Source of the DNA: Octopus bimaculoides
Taxonomy: Eukaryota
DNA: 40,194 nucleotides
Assembly (NCBI RefSeq): GCF_001194135.2
Contig: NC_068998.1
Location: forward strand, 54,815,252 to 54,855,445
Direction of reading: 5' to 3'
A program made the translations under genes and the position numbers. This document shows, in pieces, positions 36,221 to 40,194 of this stretch. Position 1 is the stretch's first letter. Each line of letters starts with the position of its first letter. The notes under the pieces were generated by a model. It made no database searches, had not been told where the DNA came from, and saw only the letters and a list, made by a program, of their open reading frames with translations.

Positions 36221-37260
36221 TATGATGATGATGATGATGATGATATATACACATATATATGCACATATGTGTGTGTTTGTGAATGCATGTAAGAGTGTGT
36301 GTGTGTTACATTTAATAGATGACCATATCCACCATTGATATATTTAATATTTCAATTCTCTCATATTCTCTAATGGATTTCCTCAAACTGGTGTTTATTT
36401 AAACTTCTAAATGTCACATCTCCATTCTGTATCAGTAAATTTAGGTCATGGATTTCTCTGTTAATATGTTCTCAGTTTCACAATCAGTCGACAACACCAA
36501 CTGTTTGTATAACATGTATATAGACAATATATTACTTCAACCACAACACAATATAGAGGCTCCTTAAGAAACATAAAGATTTAAAATCCCATGCGTTAGA
36601 GTCAGTAATTATTTAGTGTGTTTGGAGTTTGTACAATAAAAAGGGTTTTGCATGATGAAAGAATAAGTTTATTTAATAAAAAGAAAGAGATGGTGATATA
36701 TATATATATATACTCATAAATATGTGTGTGTGTGCAGTAAACATTATCCTGACTCCAGGGTTCCCCTTATTAAGCAAATGGTTGATTGTCCCTATCAGTG
36801 GATTGTGAAAGGAAAAAGGCTTATCAACTTCAATGTAAAAGATGAGAGGGTACAGAAAATCAAACTGATTATTACAGATTGAAATTTCATCTGAATCAAT
36901 GAATGCATAAGCTAAAGCATGCAATTCTTGTATTTTGCTTTAGCGTTGGCAAAGAAAGCAGATATCTTTCTGAAATGTTGTGTAAATCATTCATATATTT
37001 TCCATGATTCCTATCAACCCCCCCTTGGGGAAGACATTTACCCATAAACTAGATTACATGAAATACTTAGGGCCTGACACATAATTATATTTGCTTTTCG
37101 CATTTATGGAACAGATATTATATTCTACACACTTCTTGACAAAAAGATACAGCAGGTGTGTTTTCATGGAGTTTACATACCTCATAACAAGCAAGAACTA
37201 TGTGTGTACGTGCACACACACACACACACACACACATGTATTTATATGTGTATACATACA

Positions 37261-37291
<31 letters not shown>

Positions 37292-38565
37292 CAGAGGTGT
37301 GTGTGTTAGAAAGATAAAATGCTTAACTGTTGATCCTAGAAAAGACAACTGTAAATGAAGCCAAGTCAGAATTGGGTCAAGTAGAAAGCCCCCGTGGCCT
37401 AGTGGTTAAGGTTTTGCTCTCACAATCATAAGATTGTGGTTTCAATTCCCAGACCGAGTCGTGTATTAAGTTCTTGAGTAAAACTCTTCATTTGCCTTTG
37501 TCTCAATCACTTCAGCTGTAAATAAGTTCCACCAGTAACTGGGAGGTTAACCCTGAAAAGGGCAGATGTTCCATTCGGTGGGCAAGTGTTGCCAAGGAAA
37601 ACAGACTACATTCCAGCTTTATGAGTCATAAGACTCATCACAGACCTAACAAACGAACTGTGTGGAGCAGGGGGGGTGGTAGAGAAAGGAAGCAAAGAAA
37701 GTGAAAGGATGGATGGTCAGGGGTGGATTGGGAGAAGGAAGTAATGAAATGAATATTAAGGAAGATAAAAACAAGAGAGAACGGATGGAAAGTTTGCTAG
37801 CTTAGAATCGAAGTGGAAAACAAAGGCTCAGGGTTAGGCGTTAGGATATTAGGGTCACAAGGAGTTTGTTGTCTGAGGCAAATGTAGAGTAAACAGAACT
37901 GATTGTTAAAAGAGAAACAAGAAGAAGAGCAACAAGTTTTACAGGTATTTTTGCTTCTTTTCAATTTATGTTTGGAACAAATTCTAACACATCAACAAAT
38001 AACAAAAGTAATTAAATAAAACAGTTTGTTTTATTTAATTATATTTCTTTCTTTTTTCCATTTTTTTTGTAATTTTTCTTTTGGCTTTTAATTTAAAAAA
38101 GAACAGTATTGTAGAATTATAGAATGAGGATTTAACAATCTTCCAAAACTCAAATCTCTCCACCATGAAACATCATATTCTTGACTATCATCTTTTAAGT
38201 GAAGAAATATTATTTTGATTTTTGTGTAGTGACTGGGATGCATTGCAGACTTCTGCTAGGGAAACAATATTGGATCAATTATAGGGTTTTAGGAAACAAA
38301 AAAAAAATGTTTTACAGACCATTATGTCAGACAACACTCAACTTGTAACGAACTGATCAATACATTAATTTACCTTATGCGTGAGGTCACTAGCTTCATT
38401 GATATATCTGTCTCTTTCTTTCTCCAACTGATAAATCAACTTCCTTTGTTTCTGAGCCTCATCTTTATGGTTGCTTATCTCTTGCTCAAGGTTCTTCTTG
38501 TTTTGTTCCAAGGCTTTCACCTGATTGACGTGTTCTTCTTTCAAATTGATTGCTTTCCGTAGATC
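28050..38565 (-). CDS. CFAP58: Cilia- and flagella-associated protein 58 (CCDC147), 3' part, 8 coding exons joined; 5' exons outside window
   Basis: Exons 38374-38565, 35799-35960, 34188-34475, 33514-33737, 31504-31615, 30005-30229, 28322-28455 and 28050-28170 total 1458 nt, i.e. 485 aa plus TAA, with consistent intron phases. Peptides KDEAQKQRKLIYQLEKERDRYINEAS, KLKQQQNLYEAVRSDRNLYSK, SERDILGTQLVRRNDELALL, LEEELENPLNIHRWRKLE, LARQPGPEVAEQL and C-terminal YTGGGF match CFAP58 as I recall it from vertebrates. Confidence 0.96.
28240..28302. repeat. (CA)n, read as (UG)~31 in the last CFAP58 intron
   Basis: Directly visible; begins 19 nt into the intron on the minus strand. Confidence 0.97.
28322..28455 (-). 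CDS. CFAP58: CFAP58 penultimate exon: VMASELTMYESQ...KKKEEQQ(K)
   Basis: Acceptor ttacag|GTG, donor AA|gtaagt; 134 nt, phase 0/2. Confidence 0.95.
30005..30229 (-). CDS. CFAP58: CFAP58 exon: SSDPTMYKMIQRTHTLQKRL...SKVKQMK, ending at a GC donor
   Basis: Acceptor ttacag|AGC. The 3' boundary AAG|gcaaga gives 225 nt (75 codons), colinear with the vertebrate sequence as recalled. The 3' boundary is less certain than the exon itself. Confidence 0.88.
31504..31615 (-). CDS. CFAP58: CFAP58 exon: (R)QEVYDTQKELLRERTRCKALEEELENPLNIHRWRKLE
   Basis: Acceptor atcag|A, donor GAG|gtaaaa; 112 nt, phase 2/0; too short for the ORF track. Confidence 0.95.
31835..32025 (-). mobile_element. SINE-like repeat with (GAT)n tail in a CFAP58 intron
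   Basis: Minus strand reads GGTTGGCATAAAGGAAGGGCATCTAGCTGTAGAAACC...CCAACCCATGCCAGCA...TTAAATGATGATGATG, a SINE-body-like block followed by a short tandem tail. Confidence 0.65.
33514..33737 (-). CDS. CFAP58: CFAP58 exon: VISERDILGTQLVRRNDEL...VANVNDL(R)
   Basis: Acceptor attcag|GTG, donor AG|gtgtgt; 224 nt, phase 0/2. Confidence 0.95.
34188..34475 (-). CDS. CFAP58: CFAP58 exon: DEITEKKRKLKIMNHQ...RQKKELDQ
   Basis: Acceptor tttag|GAT, donor CAG|gtaata; 288 nt, phase 0/0. Confidence 0.95.
35417..35585. repeat. (TC)n-rich polypyrimidine microsatellite in a CFAP58 intron
   Basis: Directly visible. Confidence 0.95.
35799..35960 (-). CDS. CFAP58: CFAP58 exon: VLQLMEEVKMREMQ...NLYSKHLIECQ
   Basis: Acceptor cttcag|GTT, donor CAG|gtgagt; 162 nt, phase 0/0; contained in ORF 35787..36080. 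Confidence 0.95.
37388..37570 (+). mobile_element. tRNA-derived SINE family B, decayed copy in a CFAP58 intron
   Basis: A-box-like TGGCCTAGTGG and B-box-like GGTTTCAATTCC; body TCTTGAGTAAAAC...CAGCTGTAAATAAG resembles the 17090 copy. Confidence 0.7.
38374..38565 (-). CDS. CFAP58: CFAP58 exon (first in window): DLRKAINLKEEH...YINEASDLTHK
   Basis: Acceptor tttag|GAT, donor AAG|gtaaat; 192 nt, phase 0/0. Confidence 0.93.
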
Positions 38566-39932
38566 CTAAATAACAAAGTAAATATGTTGTTTCACAGAGA
38601 AATATTTTATTGGGGGAACCATTTAGAAACACATTTTTGAAACCAGCTTTTTTTTTTTATACATTAACTAAATCTCCTAAGATATTTGACCTGTTACCTA
38701 TGCAAGTTGAAATATTTTACTGGGTCCTGTCTGACTGACATCTTGAGGAGTGGAAGCAAAAAATAAATAAAAACAAAATTAAATGCACTAAATCATTTAG
38801 TCAGATGGTCTACAAGTTCAGACATTCAACTGCCTTATTTGGACTTAAATATTACTAAAAGACATCAGATTAACTTCCTTTATTCTTTAACATCCATCAC
38901 TGAAATGAATAGAAAGTTAGATGACCAGGAGAGAAATAGTTTTTGATTCATGATATGTTTATGGTAAAAAGATTATATTGGACATGACCATTCAAAGAAG
39001 CACAACAGAATGACGACAGAAACTTCTTTTTTGTAAGACCACAACATATCTGTTTGGACAAACTTGTAGTGATATCATCACATGAAAGTCAGTTGTTTTG
39101 ATAGAGTTTTCTAATTGGAAACAACAAACCCTGGGTTCAATTTACAGTATAAGCCTGCTACAAATCCATCAAACATGAAAATAGGTTTCCATTCTACACA
39201 TTCATTGTTACAACGAGAGGGAATATCTTTTTACATAATGAAATGTTTGTAGATATCTGATGGTTTCTACAGATTTGATGTAGTCTTATTTTGTTTTTAC
39301 TCTAATGAATTTAATGTTGAATAATTTTATATCATATTTGAGTTTAGACAAATGTATGATATCAACAAATTCTAGAAATCAATTTCATAAATTAACATAA
39401 ATGCAATGACAATATGAGGTACAATGGTTACCAGGCTGTGAGGTTTAATGTTAAGACTCAGGGTTAGTAACTAGAATGATCATGAAGTTGAAACCTTACT
39501 ATTGTAACCACTGTATCATGAACCATATTGGTTGAAGGACATTGAGCTAAAAATAAAAATGTTCTTACAAAATGCAAATATTTGAATTTGTAAAAAATCA
39601 TTGCATCAATGTTGTGCCATAGAAAATATAAATGTAAATTAGGAAAACTGCATCAATCGACAAGAATCAAATTTGAATGAGAAATATTGAGAAAGAGAAA
39701 ACCATTTATTAAATAATAGGAATATATTCTATGGTATTTGTGAAGTCTAATTACTACACCTAAGGTAACGAGTGGGACAAATGCCTGTCAACTTTCACGA
39801 CAATGAAATTATATTCTTCATTCACTTAGAAAATATCTCAAACAATGTGTTGTTAATTGCAGAAAATTTTGGTAACCTTTCTAAAAGGCGGCAACCTATT
39901 GTTTACACATTGTTTAAATATTTTCTAGAATC

Positions 39933-40194
39933 AAAATTATAATTTCTTTTACCTTGTTTATTAAAATTACAATTATTAAAATTATGATTTCTTTTACCTG
40001 TTTATTAAAATTATAATTATTAAAATTATGATTTCTTTTACCTTGTTTATTAAAATTATAATTATTAAAATTATAATTTCTTTTACCGTGTTTATTAAAA
40101 TTACAATTATTAAAATTATGATTTCTTTTACCTTGTTTATTAAAATTATAATTATTAAAATTATGATTTCTTTTACCTTGTTTATTAAAATTAT
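39933..40194. repeat. 45-bp AT-rich minisatellite, ~5.8 copies, running off the window edge
   Basis: Unit AAAATTAT(A/G)ATTTCTTTTACCTTGTTTATTAAAATTA(C/T)AATTATT; one copy is 44 bp. Confidence 0.95.

Noticed and set aside
37826-37856. Telomere-like GGGTTAGGCGTTAGGATATTAGGG
   Set aside because: Only three degenerate units; too short to call an interstitial telomeric repeat.
39420-39515. 12-bp inverted repeat (TACAATGGTTAC / GTAACCACTGTA) resembling Tc1-like ends
   Set aside because: Too short (11/12 match) to distinguish from chance.
1-40194. CRISPR arrays, operons or prokaryotic defence systems
   Set aside because: The sequence is spliceosomal-intron-containing animal DNA. The regular repeats are microsatellites, a minisatellite or dispersed SINEs, with no constant-repeat/unique-spacer array.

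Overview
Eukaryotic, AT-rich, gapped draft-assembly DNA. It is very likely coleoid cephalopod (Octopus-like), judged from the recurring SINE families and the extreme microsatellite density. There is nothing prokaryotic here: no operons, CRISPR array, rRNA or intact tRNA. The only well-supported gene is the 3' part of CFAP58 (CCDC147, a cilia/flagella coiled-coil protein) on the minus strand. Eight coding exons at 28050-38565 splice in frame to 485 aa plus a stop, and the 5' exons lie beyond the right edge. One intron appears to need a non-canonical GC donor, and the 151-bp last intron is mostly UG repeat with an in-frame stop in its donor. The left ~27 kb is a transposon graveyard: an R4/Dong-like LINE, an RTE-like LINE carrying a 53-bp micro-inversion, a Helitron helicase, two mariner derivatives, a DD37D/maT-like element, many SINEs and three fold-back elements. 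The most striking structure is a 535-bp near-perfect palindrome (15674-16208). Its tips carry divergent CTCF-consensus-like motifs and its loop carries a CCAAT box. Most ORFs in the supplied track are artefacts of microsatellites or N-gaps. All family assignments come from motif recognition by eye; no database search was run.
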